41,635 nt of DNA from Chiloscyllium plagiosum. Lineage: Eukaryota. The notes below the pieces were generated by a model. That model was given only the letters and a program-made list of their open reading frames with translations, did no database searches and was not told the origin of the DNA. Position 1 is the stretch's first letter; each line of letters begins with the position of its first letter. Below, piece after piece: positions 11,697 through 23,750 of this stretch. The stretch lies in contig NC_057718.1 in NCBI RefSeq assembly GCF_004010195.1, forward strand, positions 82,678,792 to 82,720,426, given 5' to 3'. The translations under genes were made by a program, and so were the position numbers.

Positions 11697-12081
11697 CTTC
11701 TCAGACTGATCATGGCTGAGTCCTTGAGCAGCGTAGCTGTGTGGCCCTGAGCAATGATTGCAACAGACCCTGACTGATGGTCATGCAACTCCTAGATTTT
11801 CTTCCGCAACTCCCTGCACCAGGCTGACCAGGACCACCCCAAGTAGTCAAAGCCCCTGTTCTGCTTGAAGCCTGTGCAGTGTGTGGTGCTTATGCCACTA
11901 GCAGGTGATGCGCTGACGTGGCACGGTGCCCTCCAGCAACATGTCCATCCTTTGACTGATCATTGCTGACAACGATGGCGAGCTGTCTGGCTTTGCAAGA
12001 GAGAAGTAGTTAACCCATTAGCACTTGCTGAGGGGTCAAGTGCAAAGGCAGGGGATGCTGTGAGACACTACCTGAGTGAGA

Positions 12082-15000
12082 TTTTGTATTTATTTGTAGG
12101 ATATGGACATTACTGGCTGGCCAGCATTTATTATCTGTCCCTAGTTGCCCTTGAGAAGGTGGTAGTGAGCTGTCTTCTTGTACTATTGCAGCCCACCTGC
12201 TGTGGGTTGACCCACAATGCCATTAGGGAGGGAATTCCAGGATTTTGACCCAGTGACAGTGAAGGAATGTTGGTTTATTTCCAAGTTAGGATGGTGAGTA
12301 TCTTGGAAGCAAGGTTAAAGGTGGTGGTGTTCCAGTGTACTTGCTGTCCTTGTCCTTCTAGATTGAAGTAGTTGTGGGTTTGGAAGGTGCTGTCTAAGGA
12401 TCTTTGGTGAATTTCTGCAGTACATCTTGTAGATCATACACATTGCTGCTAAGGAGCACCAGTGGTGGAGGAAGTGAATGCTTGTAGATATAGTGCCAAT
12501 CAGACAGGCTGCTTTGTCCTGTATAGTCAAGCTTCTTGAGTGTTATTGGAGCTGCACTCATCCAGGCAAGTGGGGAATATCATGATGGATAGATTTTGGG
12601 GAGTTAGGAGGTGAATTATTTGCCACAGTATTCCTAGCCTCTGACATGCTCCTACAGACATTGTGTTATATGGTGAGTCTAGTTGAGTTTCTGGTCAATG
12701 GGAACCCCAAGGACGTTGATCGTGGGGCATTTGGGGATGGTAACGCCATTTAAAGTCAAGGGTGGTGGTTGTCTCTTATTGGTATTGGTCATTGTCTGTG
12801 TGGTGCAAAGGTTACTTGCTACTAGTCAGCCGAAGCTTGGATATTGTCCAGATCTTGTTGCATTTGAACATGGATTACCTCAGTATCTGAGGAGTCATGA
12901 ATAGTGCAATTGTACAATCATCAGCAAACATCCCCACTTTGACCTTATGATGAAGCGAAGATTCTTGATGAAGCAGCTGAAGATGATTGGGCCTAGGACA
13001 CCACTACCCTGAAGAACCCCAACAGAGACATCCTGGAGCTGAGATGACTGACCACTAACAATCACAACCTCTTTCTTTGTGTCAGGCAGAGAGTTTGTCC
13101 CCGATACCCATTGATTCCAACTTTGCTAGAGCTTCTTGTTGCCACACTTGGTTGAATGCAGCCTTGACATTAAGGGCTGTCACTCTCACCTCACCTCTGA
13201 TCTCAGCTTTTTTTTTCATGCTTGAACCAAGGCTATAATGAAGTCAGGAGCTGAGTGACCCTGGTGGAACCCAAACTCGACATCACTGAACAGGTTGTTG
13301 CTGAGCAGGTGCTGCTTGATAGCACTGTTGATGCCCCCTTCCATCACTCTATTGAGGATCCCAAGTAGACTAATGCAGTGGTAACCAGCCGGGTTGGATT
13401 TGTCCTGCTTTTTATGTACCAGACATACTTGGGCAATTTTCCACATTGTTGGGTAGACGCCAGTGTTGTAACTGTACTAGAACAGCTTGGCTAGGGGAGC
13501 ATAAGTCTTCAGTACTATTGCCAGAATGTTGTCAACACCCGTAGCCTTTGTAGTATCCAGTATCTCCAACCATTTCTTCATATCACATGGAGTGAATCGA
13601 ATTGACTGAAGGCTGGTATCTGCAATGCTGGGGACCATTGGAGGAGGCTAAGATGGATCATCCATTTGACACTTCTGGCTGAAGATTACTGCAAATACTT
13701 CAGTGTTATATTTTGCACTGATGTGCTGGGCTCTTAAATCATTGAGGATGGTGATATTTGTGGAGCCTCCTCCTCTAGTGAGTTGTTTAATTGTTCACTA
13801 CCATTCACGATTGGATGTGGCAGAACTGCAGAGCTTAGGTCTGTTCAATTAGTTGTAGGATTGCTTAGCTCTGTCTATCATTTTGCTGCTTATGCCGTTT
13901 GACATGCAGGTAATCCTCTGAGTACCTTACTAGGTTGAAACCTCATTACCAGGTATGCCTGATGCTGCTCCTTGCATGTTCTCCTGAACTTTCCATTGAA
14001 CCAGGGTCAATCCTCTGGTTTGATGGTAACGCTTGAGTGGGCATGTGCTGGGCCATGAGGTTGCAGATTGTGCTGGAGTACAATTCTGCTGCTGTTGATG
14101 GCTCACAGCCCCTCATAGATGCCCAGTCTTGAGTTGCTAGATCTGTTCAAAGTCTGTTCCCATTTAGTACAGTGATAGTGCCACACAACACAATGAGGTT
14201 ATTCTCAATGTGAAGGATGGACTTCACCTTCACCAGGACAGTGCAGTAGTCACTCTTCCTGATTGGTAAGGATGAGATCAAGTATGTTTTTCCCTCTTGT
14301 TGGTTCCCTCACCACCTGCCATCGACCCAGTCTAGCAGCTATGTTTTTTAGGACCTGACCACCTCGATCAGTGATGTTTCTGCGAACCGCTCTTGGCGGT
14401 GGACATTGAAATTCCCCACCAGAGTACATTTTGCTCTCTTGTCATCCTCAGTGCTTCCTCCAAGTCTTGTTCAACATGGAGGAGTACCAATTCGTCAACA
14501 CAGGATGGTACACAGTAATCAGCAGGAGGTTTCCTTGCCCAAGTTTAATCTGAAGCCATGTGATTTCATGGGGTCCAGAGTCAATGTTGATACTCCAGGG
14601 CAACTCTGTCCTGACAGTATCTCACTGTGTCACTACCATTGCTGGGTCTGTCCTGCCAGTGGGACAAGACATAACCAGGGATGGTGATGGTAGTTCCTAG
14701 GACATTTTCTGAAAGGTATTATTCCATGAGTGTGACTATGTCAGGCTGTTATTTGACTAGTCTCTCCCAGTTTTGGCACTAGCCCCCAGATATAAGTGAG
14801 GAGGACCCTGCAGGGTTGACAGGGCTGTTCCTGCTGTTGTCTTTACGGGTGCCTAGGTCGATGCCAGGTGATCTGTCTGGTTTCATTTCTTTGAGACTTC
14901 GTAGTGATTGGTACAACTGAATGGCTTGCTCGGCCATTTCAGGCGGCAACTGAAAGTCAACCATATTGCTGTAGGTCAGTCACATGTAGGCAGGACAAAG

Positions 15001-15230
15001 TGGGGATGGAGATTTCCTTCCCTGAAGAACATTTGCGAGCCAGATGGGTTTTTCTGACAATTGACAATAGTTTCATGGTCATCAGTAGATTTGTAATTCC
15101 ATATATTCTTTGTTATTGAATTCAAATTCCAGCATTTGCTGCAATGGGATTCGGACCTGGATCCCCAGTAAGTTGGCTGAGATTCTGGATTAATAATCTA
15201 ATGATAATACCACTAGGTCATTGTCTCCCA
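12082..15230 (-). mobile_element. Near full-length decayed EN-RT LINE (CR1/L2-like) with tRNA-like 5' head and no visible ORF1
   Basis: RT motifs WKIAQVCLVHKKQDKSNPAGYHCISLL...VME...EFGFHQGHS (13216-13446); EN remnant near 14390-14425; 3' tail at 12082-12160; A-box-like TGACCTAGTGG (rc of 15210-15220) and B-box-like GGTCCGAATCC (rc of 15147-15157). Confidence 0.8.
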
Positions 15231-15254
15231 GTTGAGTGCCAAGGGAAGAGTTGA

Positions 15255-15370
15255 AGGGCTTATGCCCAAAACGTCGATTCTCCTGTTCCCTGGATGCTGC
15301 CTGACCTGCTGCGCTCCAGCAACACATTTCCAGCTCTGATCTCCAGCATCTGCAGACCTCACTTTCTCCT
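15255..15370 (+). mobile_element. Short PLE-terminal unit, truncated inside the hammerhead
   Basis: AGGGCTTATGCCCAAAACGTCGATTCTCC...CTCACTTTCTCCT; TSD AAGAGTTGA at 15246-15254 and 15373-15381. Confidence 0.85.
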
Positions 15371-16008
15371 CAAAGAGTTGAGGATCCCTGATCTGTAGTC
15401 TAGCCCAGTGTCCATCCCTATGCGCAAAGTTTCCTGGCAGTGGCCTTCTAATGAAAAGTGTTGGCATGCTCCAATCGGCAGCATTGAAGTGCAGAACTTT
15501 AGTGTGAGATGTGCCATGAGGACGTGGTGAGGCTGGCACATATCAGATGCCAATGTCTGTGAATGGAGGGTGTATGCGGTTGTGTGCATTGAGATGTTGT
15601 TGCTGGCTTTTCAAGATGGTGGTCTGGAAGATCAAACAGTATTCTGGGGTTGCGAGGTAACTGCATTGACTTTGATATCAAAAATTGTTGCCGTCTAGTT
15701 TCTGTCTGGTGGGTGTGAGAATGGGATACTGTATACCAATGAGATGGAATGAAATAACAATGAGGTTGGTAATGAGTGATAATCCATGGTAGGACTCCTC
15801 TCAGCCCATATTAGTGAGAATCTCATCCTATTCAAACACTTGGTTAGAAAATGGGACTGTTTTGTTTTGACATTGAGAAGGTCCTCACTGGACACCTCAC
15901 CCAATTTCCCATGGGCCACATTGTTCATATTTTAAAAAGATTCCACCCAATATAAAGTTTTAGTTATGAGAAATAAAATCAGAATGATGAATGATAAAAT
16001 ATATTTTT

Positions 16009-16170
16009 GAGTCATAGAGATGTACGCATGGAAACAGACTCTCGAAAAAACTCATCCATGGTGACCAGATATCCTAAATTAATCTAGTTTCCTTTGCCAG
16101 CACTTTGCCCATATCCCTCTAAAGCTTTCCTATTAATGTACCCATCCAGATGCCTTTTAAATGTTATGAT
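16009..16170 (-). mobile_element. CR1 3' end
   Basis: Begins GAGTCATAGAGATGTAC, the reverse complement of the CR1 terminus. Confidence 0.75.
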
Positions 16171-16346
16171 GTTGAATATATTGAAGGAAAAGCTGAGGAA
16201 CAATGAGGGGAGATCTGTGTTTACAGTCACATTGACAACAAAGTGACAATTTGCCCAGAGACTGCATTTCAGAACTTTGTGCTTACTCCAGGAACAGTTG
16301 GGTAAAAATGTACACCACAACATTGTTATACAAGTTAGTAATCAGT

Positions 16347-16600
16347 TGTGAATCATGCAGCATACAGCCTCACCTAGCTGAAATCACTCCACAGAGGTCA
16401 GCTTCCCGTCACTAAGTCACTCTTTATTTACACATGTATAGTACTTGACACTGGTCTGGCTTCCTCAGAGTCAGCCCTCAGAGTGAACATAACGTCTGAC
16501 AATCCTGTTTATAGCTGTCAGCCAGGACCAGGTGAACAGCCCCAATCAGGAGCCTCGTTTTCTATGATGTCCACTGGCTGATCTCATTATAATCACTACA
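16347..16600 (-). mobile_element. Probable solo LTR
   Basis: TG...CA ends; on the minus strand a TATA-like CTATAAA (~16510) precedes AATAAA (~16425); flanks TCAGT and TTAGC only resemble a TSD. Confidence 0.5.
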
Positions 16601-16824
16601 TTAGCAAAGCCCAAACTTTAGAAATATTTTAACACTGGCACTCCCTGTCGCAATAAAAACTGTTGCGTGCGTGACTGCAGTTGGTGAGTTTTACTGACAG
16701 TTAAACTACCTCATTATCAGACTTCAGAACTTGCCTATGTCTGTTTCTGTTCTGAGTCATGAATTCCAACTTCATTTGTTGCTCAGAGACTGAGCCCTGC
16801 CCTTCATTATTCAATTCCTGACAT

Positions 16825-17130
16825 GTTTTTTTTAAATTTCAAAAATATACTTTACTCCTAAACAAATCTTTATATCCATATATAATCACTAGAGCAGTTT
16901 AGTTCTTCGCATGTGGAGAAACAAACAGATAGTTGCAACAAACGCAAAGGTATTTCTTATTTGTACGAGATACTATTTACATATGTATGAAGGACTGGGA
17001 AGGTCCAATAATTGAAGGGATTCCCCCATTGTACTTTGCCAGAGAGACCTTAGATGGTCGTCTTTCCCCACTTCACCTTCATAGCAGCTGTCTCAAGCTT
17101 TAGTTTATCCCTCAGCATGTAGTCCTGGAT
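16825..17130 (-). mobile_element. Tx1/L1-like LINE 3' end with poly(A)
   Basis: Minus strand reads QDYMLRDKLKLETAAMKVKWGKTTI*, then an A-rich tail; related to 36170-36602. Confidence 0.6.
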
Positions 17131-17241
17131 TCCCTTCAATCCTCATGAATTATGCTATAGGTATCTTAGCCTAAACAGTTTGAAAGTATATTGAAGACAT
17201 CCATTTATATAGTGTATTTCATGACTTAATGACAAACCAGA

Positions 17242-17960
17242 GAGTCATAGAGTTGTACAGCATGAAAACAGACCCTTCAGTCCAACTTGTCCATGCTGAC
17301 CAGATACCCATCTAGATGCCTTTTAAAAGTTGTAATTGTACCAACCAACCTTCACCACTTCCTCTGGCAGCTCATTCCATACATGCACCACCCTCTGTGT
17401 GAAAATGTTGCCCCTTAGATCCCTTTCCACTCCCACCTTAAACCATGCCCTCTAGTTCCGGACTCCCCCAACCCCAGGGAAAATACCTTGTGTATTTACC
17501 CATCCATGTCCCTCATGATTTTATAAACCTCTATAATGTCAGACCTCAGCCTCCTTTGCTCCATGGAAAACAGCCTCAGTCTATTTAGCTTCTCCCGATA
17601 GCTCAAACCCTCCAACGCCCTTGTAAATCTTTTCTGAACACTTTCAAGTTTCACAACATCCTTCCTGTAGGAGAGAGACCAGAATTGCACACAATATTCC
17701 ACAAGTGGCCTAACCAATGACCTGTACAGCCACAACATGACCTCCCAACTCTTATACTCTATGCTCTGACCAATAAAGAAAAGCATATCTAACGCGTTCT
17801 TCACTATCCTATCCTATCTACCTGTGACTCCACTTTCAAGGAACAATGAACCTGTACTCCAAGGTGTCTTTGTTCAGCAACATTCCCTAGGACCTTACCA
17901 TTAAGTGTATAAATCCTGCCCTGATTTACCTTTCCAAAATCCTCGCATTTATGTAAATTA
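17242..17960 (-). mobile_element. 5'-truncated CR1 LINE
   Basis: ORF 17496-17804 (LYRSLVRPLVEYCVQFWS...SDIIEVYKIM); CR1 tail at the left end. Confidence 0.88.
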
Positions 17961-18107
17961 GAAAGGCAGTCTACATGAATTGAATGCTTTTAAAATATAG
18001 TCAGTGTTGTAATGGCGGATAGCTAATTTGTACTTTGCAAGCTCCCATGAACAGCAATGTAATAAATAACTAAATAATTTTTACAAAGAAATATCTGAAT
18101 TAGGAAC

Positions 18108-18565
18108 TGGACTGGAGAGTTTCAGTTATGAAGAGGGATTGAACAGATTGGGGTTGTTTTTCTCAGTGCAGAGGAGATTGTGAGGGACATGATTGCGATG
18201 TAGAATATCATGAGGGTGTAGACAGGGTAGACAGGAAAAGACTATTCCCTTTGATGTGCGATCAAAGACCAGGGACATAGATTTAAGGGAAGGGGCAGAA
18301 GGTTTGGAGGAGAAGTGTGGAAAATCTTTTTCACCCAGAAAGTGGTGGGAACCTGGAATTCACTGCCTGTAAGAGTGGTAGAAAGCCTTATAACATTTAA
18401 GAGGTATTTAGATGAGCACATGCAATGCCAAGGCATACAAGGTAATGGGCCAAGTGCTGGAGAATGTGATTAGAATAGTTACATGATTGTTTTTGACTGG
18501 TGCCGACTTGATGGACTGAAGGGCCTCTTTCCGTGCTGTAGATCTCTATGATGCGATGACTCTAA
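18108..18565 (+). mobile_element. CR1 3' fragment (older subfamily)
   Basis: FFTQKVVGTWNSLP motif; tail CTCTATGATGCGATGACTCT. Confidence 0.75.
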
Positions 18566-19533
18566 GTAGGTAATTCAGCCCTTCAAGCCTGATCCCCCAT
18601 TCAGTCAGATCAGGATTGAATTGTTTATAATCCACATTCCACATTTCTTTCTATTGCTGATAGCCTTTCACTCCCTTGCCACACAACGACTCCACCTCCA
18701 CAACCTTCTGGGGCACAGAGTTCCAAAGGTGTTCAAGTCTCAGAGAAAAACAATTCCCTCGAGTCCGTCCTGAAAGAGCAAAGCCTGATACTAAAACAGT
18801 GCCCCGAGTTCTCGACTCACCCACAGGTGTAAACATCCTTTCTCTATCCACCTTGTCAAGACCATTAAACATGGTTATAGACTTCAATCAAATGACCCCT
18901 CGTCCTTCTGAACTTCAGTGGAAACAAGCCTCGCCTTTCAATCTTTCCTTCTAAAAGCATCAGCTCACTCCAGATATCAAGGTAATAAACCACCTCTGAT
19001 CTACGTCCAATGTTTTCTCATCCTTTCTTATAAAGGTGACCAAAACTAAACAAAGTACTAAAGACGTGGTCTCACTGATGCCCACTGAAGTGTAACTTTT
19101 ATGTTAAATTCCTCTAGTAATGAAGGTTAGCATCCCATGAGCCTTCTTGATTACATGATGTACCTACATACTAATCTTTGGTGACTCATGCACTAGAACA
19201 ACAAGCTGGGGTTGCACCTCAGAATTCTGAAATTGTTCTCCATTTAACATAGAGTCTGCCTTTTTATTCTTCCTGCCAAAAATGAACAACTTTACATTTT
19301 CTCACATTATACCCCATTTAACAGATTTTTGACCACTTAGCTATATTGTATATCATCTACACAACATACTTTCCAACCTAACTTTGTTTTATCTACAGAT
19401 GTAGCCACCATGCCTTTAATCTCCTCACCTAAGTCATTGCTAAAAGTTGAGTATCCCAGCATAGACCACTGTCACATCTGTCAAGCTGAACAAGTCAAGC
19501 TCACTGTTTTCTGCCAAAAAATTGGCAGAAAAC

Positions 19534-20070
19534 GCTACTTGCGGAGCGTTTCAGAGAACACCTCTGGGACACCCGGACCAACCAACCCAACCACCCTGTA
19601 GCTCAACATTTCAATTCCCCCTCCCACTCCACCAAGGATATGCAGGTCTTTGGACTCCTCCATCGTCAGACCACAACAAAACGACGGTTGGAGGAAGAAC
19701 GCCTCATCTTCCGGCTAGGAACCCTCCAACCACAAGGGATGAACTCGGATTTCACCAGTTTCCTCATTTCCCCTCCCCCCACCCTGTCTCAGTCAAATCC
19801 ATCAAATTCAGCACCGCCTTCCTAACCTGAGATCTTCTTCCCGACCTCTCCGCCCCCACCCCAGTCTGACCTATCACCCTCACCTTGACCTCTTTCCACC
19901 TATCACATTTCCGACGCCCCTCCCCCAAGTCCCTCCTCCCTACCTTTTATCTTAGCCTGCTGGACAATCTTTCCCCATTCCTGAAGAAGGGCTTATGCCC
20001 GAAACGTCGATTCTCCTGTTCCCTGGATGCTGCCTGACCTGCTGCGCTTTTCCAGCAACACATTTCCAGC
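19534..20070 (+). mobile_element. 5'-truncated Penelope-like element: GIY-YIG endonuclease C-terminus plus hammerhead-bearing 3' region
   Basis: Open frame 19535-19825 reads LLAERFREHLWDTRTNQPNHPVAQHFNSPSH...RRLEEERLIFRLGTLQPQGMN (PLE motifs RFxEH, VAxHF, TLxPxGxN); 19978-20070 is the same sequence as the short units. Confidence 0.88.
19977..20012 (+). ncRNA. Minimal type I hammerhead ribozyme motif, sense to the PLE ORF
   Basis: AUUC-CUGAAGA(19981-87)-A-GGGC-UUAU-GCCC-GAAA(20001-04)-CGUC-GAUU; predicted cleavage after C20008; stem III reduced to palindromic ACGU. Confidence 0.75.
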
Positions 20071-20276
20071 AATTTTTTTATCAACCCTAGTAAATTACTC
20101 CCTACACCATGAGCTTGAGTTTTGCTCAATTTATGTGGAATCTTGCCAATTGTCTCCTGAAAATCCAAGTACAATACATCAATAGGCTCCTCTTTACCCA
20201 CAGTGTATGTCACTCCTTCAAAGGATTCCAATAACTTGGTCAAACAGCATTTTCCTTTTACGAAACCTTACCGACT

Positions 20277-20602
20277 CAAATCACAGAATCCCTACAATAT
20301 GGAAACAGCCATTTGGCCTGTCCGACACTCCAAAGACCATCCTACCCAAACGGCCTCACCCTATTCCTGTAAACCTGCATTTCCTATGGCTAACCCATCT
20401 AACCTACACATCCCTGGACGCTATGGGCAATTTAGCATGGCCAATCCACCTTAACCTACACACCTTTGGACTGTGGGTGGAAACCAGAGTATCTGGAGGA
20501 AGCCCACGCAGACACTGGGAGAATGTGCAAACTCCATACAGGGTGGAATTGAACCCGGGTCCCTGGTGTTGTGAGGCAGCAGTTTTAACTACTGAGCCAG
20601 CC
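20277..20602 (-). mobile_element. HE1-like tRNA-derived V-SINE
   Basis: Minus-strand head GGCTCAGTAGTTAA...CCCGGGTTCAATTCC; core GGATTGGCCATGCTAAATTGCCC shared with the other copies. Confidence 0.8.
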
Positions 20603-20669
20603 TTCCTAATTACCTTGCAATTTTCCTTGTGCACAGTTATAAATGCTTTAACGATTGCTTTTCTGCGAC

Positions 20670-20860
20670 ATTGATTGAGGGGTAATTATTAACTCCCCTG
20701 TTCTTTGAAATAATGCCGTGGGATCTTTTATCCTCACTTGAGAGGGCAGAAAGTGCTTTTAGTCCACTGCTGCAAGTGAAAAAGTGGCACCTCTGACATC
20801 ACAGAACTCTTTTGGTACTGCACTGAAGAGTTAGCTTATAGTTTCATGGTGAAGTCCTCA
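20670..20860 (-). mobile_element. DeuSINE-like core fragment
   Basis: GCCGTGGGATCTTTTA...GAGAGGGCAGA...GGCACCTCTGACA...GTACTGCACTG resembles the Deu domain as I recall it; related pieces lie near 18000, 33400-33520, 34095-34210 and 36050-36710. Confidence 0.5.
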
Positions 20861-21462
20861 CATACTGTTCAATGTTATTATTCCAGATGAAGCCAAGAGA
20901 GGGTTAAACCAAAAACAAAATGGAATTCATTGCAGATCTGTTGTCTATGAACCTGTTTTACTGCAATAGCAGATTTTGAGCTGTTCCTATGTACTGACTT
21001 GGAGAGATGGAATGCTTCCCTCACATACATAATTATTTTCCATAGTGCAATTGATTCAACTTTAACAGATGCTACCTAGGTCTCACAGGGCTTGAAAAGG
21101 GATGGGCACTAAATGCTGGCCCAGCCAATTACACTCACATCCTGTGAACAAATGAAAAAAGAAACACCCACTAATTTCAGAAGAATAATCACCCAATCAA
21201 AAAATTACAGAAGGATCATCTCTCATATTCTGGCTCAGGCATTGACATGACGTTACTGATCGAGGTGGCCTTGTTCATGCCCAACCCCACCACAGATTGA
21301 GGTGCATCCGGAGCAGCCATCAGTACTCCCACAGCTGCAGCGTTTCAAATTTCAAAGGCAGGTTTTGCAATCCCAGATGACCAAAGGAACCACCATTCAA
21401 ATGCAATAAATCTGCACCTGACTGCAGTCAAAAATGTGGCTTGTACCAATGGCATTCTCAAA

Positions 21463-22008
21463 ACAGCAGGTAATGAACTTGAAAGACCCCATGTAGACAA
21501 CGAGCAAAACTAATGTCATTTACAGAATATCTTGCAAGAACTGTAACAAATACTACATTGGACAAACAGGCAGAAAACTAGCCACCAGGATAAATGAACA
21601 TCAACTAGTCACAAAACAACATGACCCTCTCTCACTAGTATCCTTACATATGGATGAGGAAGGACAACACTTCGACTGGGACAACACATTCATCCTGGGA
21701 CAAGCCAAACAGAGACTCGGACGAGAATTCCTAGAAGCCTGGCATTACAACCCGAACTCTATCAACAAACACATTGATTTGGATCCCATTTACCACCTCC
21801 TGAGAAAAAGAACAGGAAATGACACCATCATAGGAAATGACATCACTACAGGAAATGACATCACCAACCCAAGGAAAACCAAACATATAAACAGAAAGCA
21901 AGAAACACCAGCAGTGCTTCATCCGGAGGCTCACTGAAGATGCTACCTAATATGGTAACGAAACATCTGAAAATGAACCTTGCAGCTCAGCGAGCAAACC
22001 TACATCCA
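21463..22008 (+). mobile_element. 5'-truncated Penelope-like element, second family, with apparently complete GIY-YIG domain
   Basis: Open frame 21497-21937 reads NVIYRISCKNCNKYYIGQTGRKLATRINEH...REFLEAWH...SINKH; 12-bp TSD GGCATTCTCAAA at 21451-21462 and 22009-22020. Confidence 0.9.
21931..21970 (+). ncRNA. Hammerhead ribozyme motif (second PLE family)
   Basis: UCA-CUGAAGA-U-GCUACC-UAAUAU-GGUAAC-GAAA-CAUC-UGA; stem I is UCA/UGA, stem II pairs at 5 of 6 positions, AUC triplet. Confidence 0.65.
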
Positions 22009-22070
22009 GGCATTCTCAAATTGTACACTGGCTGCTTCACTGTCAAACTCAGAGATGTTATAAGCTGCAC

Positions 22071-22392
22071 AGAATCACTACAGTATTGAAAGAGATCGTT
22101 TGAGTCTGCACCAACCCTCCATAGAGCATTCAACCCAATCCCAGCCTCTTACCTTATCCCTGTAACTCTGCATTTACTATGGCTAATCCATTTAGCATGG
22201 ACATCTCTGGACACTATGGGGCAATATAGAATGGCCAATCCACCTAACCTGCACATTTTTGGTGTGAGAGGAAACTGGAGACACCGGACCACACAGACAC
22301 AGGGAGAATGTGCAACTCCACACAGATAGTCACCCAAGGCTGGAACTGAATCTTGGTCTCGGGTGCCGCGAGGCAACAGTGCTAACCACTGC
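22071..22392 (-). mobile_element. HE1-like V-SINE
   Basis: Same core and head as 30443-30762. Confidence 0.78.
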
Positions 22393-22699
22393 ATATCTGT
22401 GTCCATGTAGATATTGTGCATGTAGACCATCATGTTGCACTTGAACTGTAAAGAATGCTATCTCATATGGTGGAGCAAGTTCAAGTGAGGCATTCAAGAA
22501 GGCATTGGATTGTTATTTTGATAGTGTTATGGGAAAAGGCAGGAGATAGGCACAAGATCATAGAGCTGGTGTAGGTAAAATGGGCTGAATGGTCTCCTTT
22601 TATACAGTAATAATTTTGTGAGTCTATGTCAGAAAGCTGTAACAGAAGGAATGTTAATGCCTACTTGACCTTGACCTTATTATGGAAGTTGGGCATGAA

Positions 22700-23750
22700 C
22701 ATATCCCTTGGGTCTCACCCATACAGTTGTCAGATTAGAATCTGCATTGATATACAGTCATTAAACCAAGTCATGCAACAAGAAGGACACTTAACATCGA
22801 CAATCAATGAAATAACAGAGTATAGATAGCGCTAAAACCTTTGCTAAACTGGATCTTAATGCTATCAAATGGAAGTTGCCAAAGATTCAAGGTATTTTAC
22901 AGTATTCTCTGGCCACATTGGTCTCTTTAATAAAGAGGCTCAATTTTGAAGTCAACTCAACAGCTGAGCGGTATGATTGAATCTGCATTGCAAGGACTTG
23001 CAGGTCCACTGAACATCAGTGATGAGATTGCTCATTCTGAAAATGATATTGAGACATGCTCACAACATCATCGAGAAGGGATTCTCACCTTGAACAAAGG
23101 CAAGTGCTTGTTAAGTTGAAGCAGAATGGAACTCACCAGTAGTGGCGGCATTCCATCTAATTCACGGAAGCTTGTAGCCCTTGCAATCGCAACGGATCCT
23201 ACAAACATGCAGGAAGTCTGAAGCCTGCTGGGATTGATCACATACTGTAGTTGCTTCATTTGTAACCTTGCTACACTGTCTGCCCCCCACCAATGATCTG
23301 CTGAAAGAAACCACCAAGTAAGAGTGGAGTAAACCACACGAACAGGCTGTGTACCATTTCAAACAGCGGTTTTCAGCAAGTTGCACAGATACCTATTTCC
23401 ATGCTGGCAATACTACCCAGCTGGTCATGGGTGCAAGCCCAGTTGCTTAGGTACAATTACTGTTAACCCATCAATCATTGTGATAGCAAGCAGATCACTA
23501 ACACCTACAGAGCAATGTTATTGACCAACAGGAGAGAAAAGCTCTCTCAATTGCCTAGGGTATCTCACACTTACGTCTCTGTTCATATGGAATGATACTT
23601 AAAATAATAAGCAATCATAGTCAACCATAAGCTTATTCAGTAATTTGCATAGCAAATCAGCCAATTTCAGAGTGTACTCAAACTGCAAGACTACGATATC
23701 CATGTTGAGTATCATTCAGGCAAGTCTACCTTTAATGATAATTTTCTGCT
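22700..23750 (+). mobile_element. Ty3/Gypsy pol relic (RT and RNase H), heavily disrupted
   Basis: Fragments IRICIDIQSLNQ, FAKLDLN, DSRYFTVF, KRLNF, LNISDEI, LVMGASPV and IASRSLTPTEQCY occur in Gypsy RT-RH order. Confidence 0.75.

Larger units (their letters stand above)
18566..20275 (-). mobile_element. Old CR1 fragment interrupted by the PLE at 19516-20070
   Basis: HLWNSVPQKVVE (18651-18887 ORF) and DVLYLDFQETIGKIPHK (19947-20243 ORF) are CR1 ORF2 motifs. Confidence 0.7.

Noticed and set aside
15400..15690. Possible Harbinger-type transposase relic (also ~10600-10950, ~11710-12060, ~28540-28960)
   Set aside because: Only a vague resemblance; no catalytic motif or TIR could be read.
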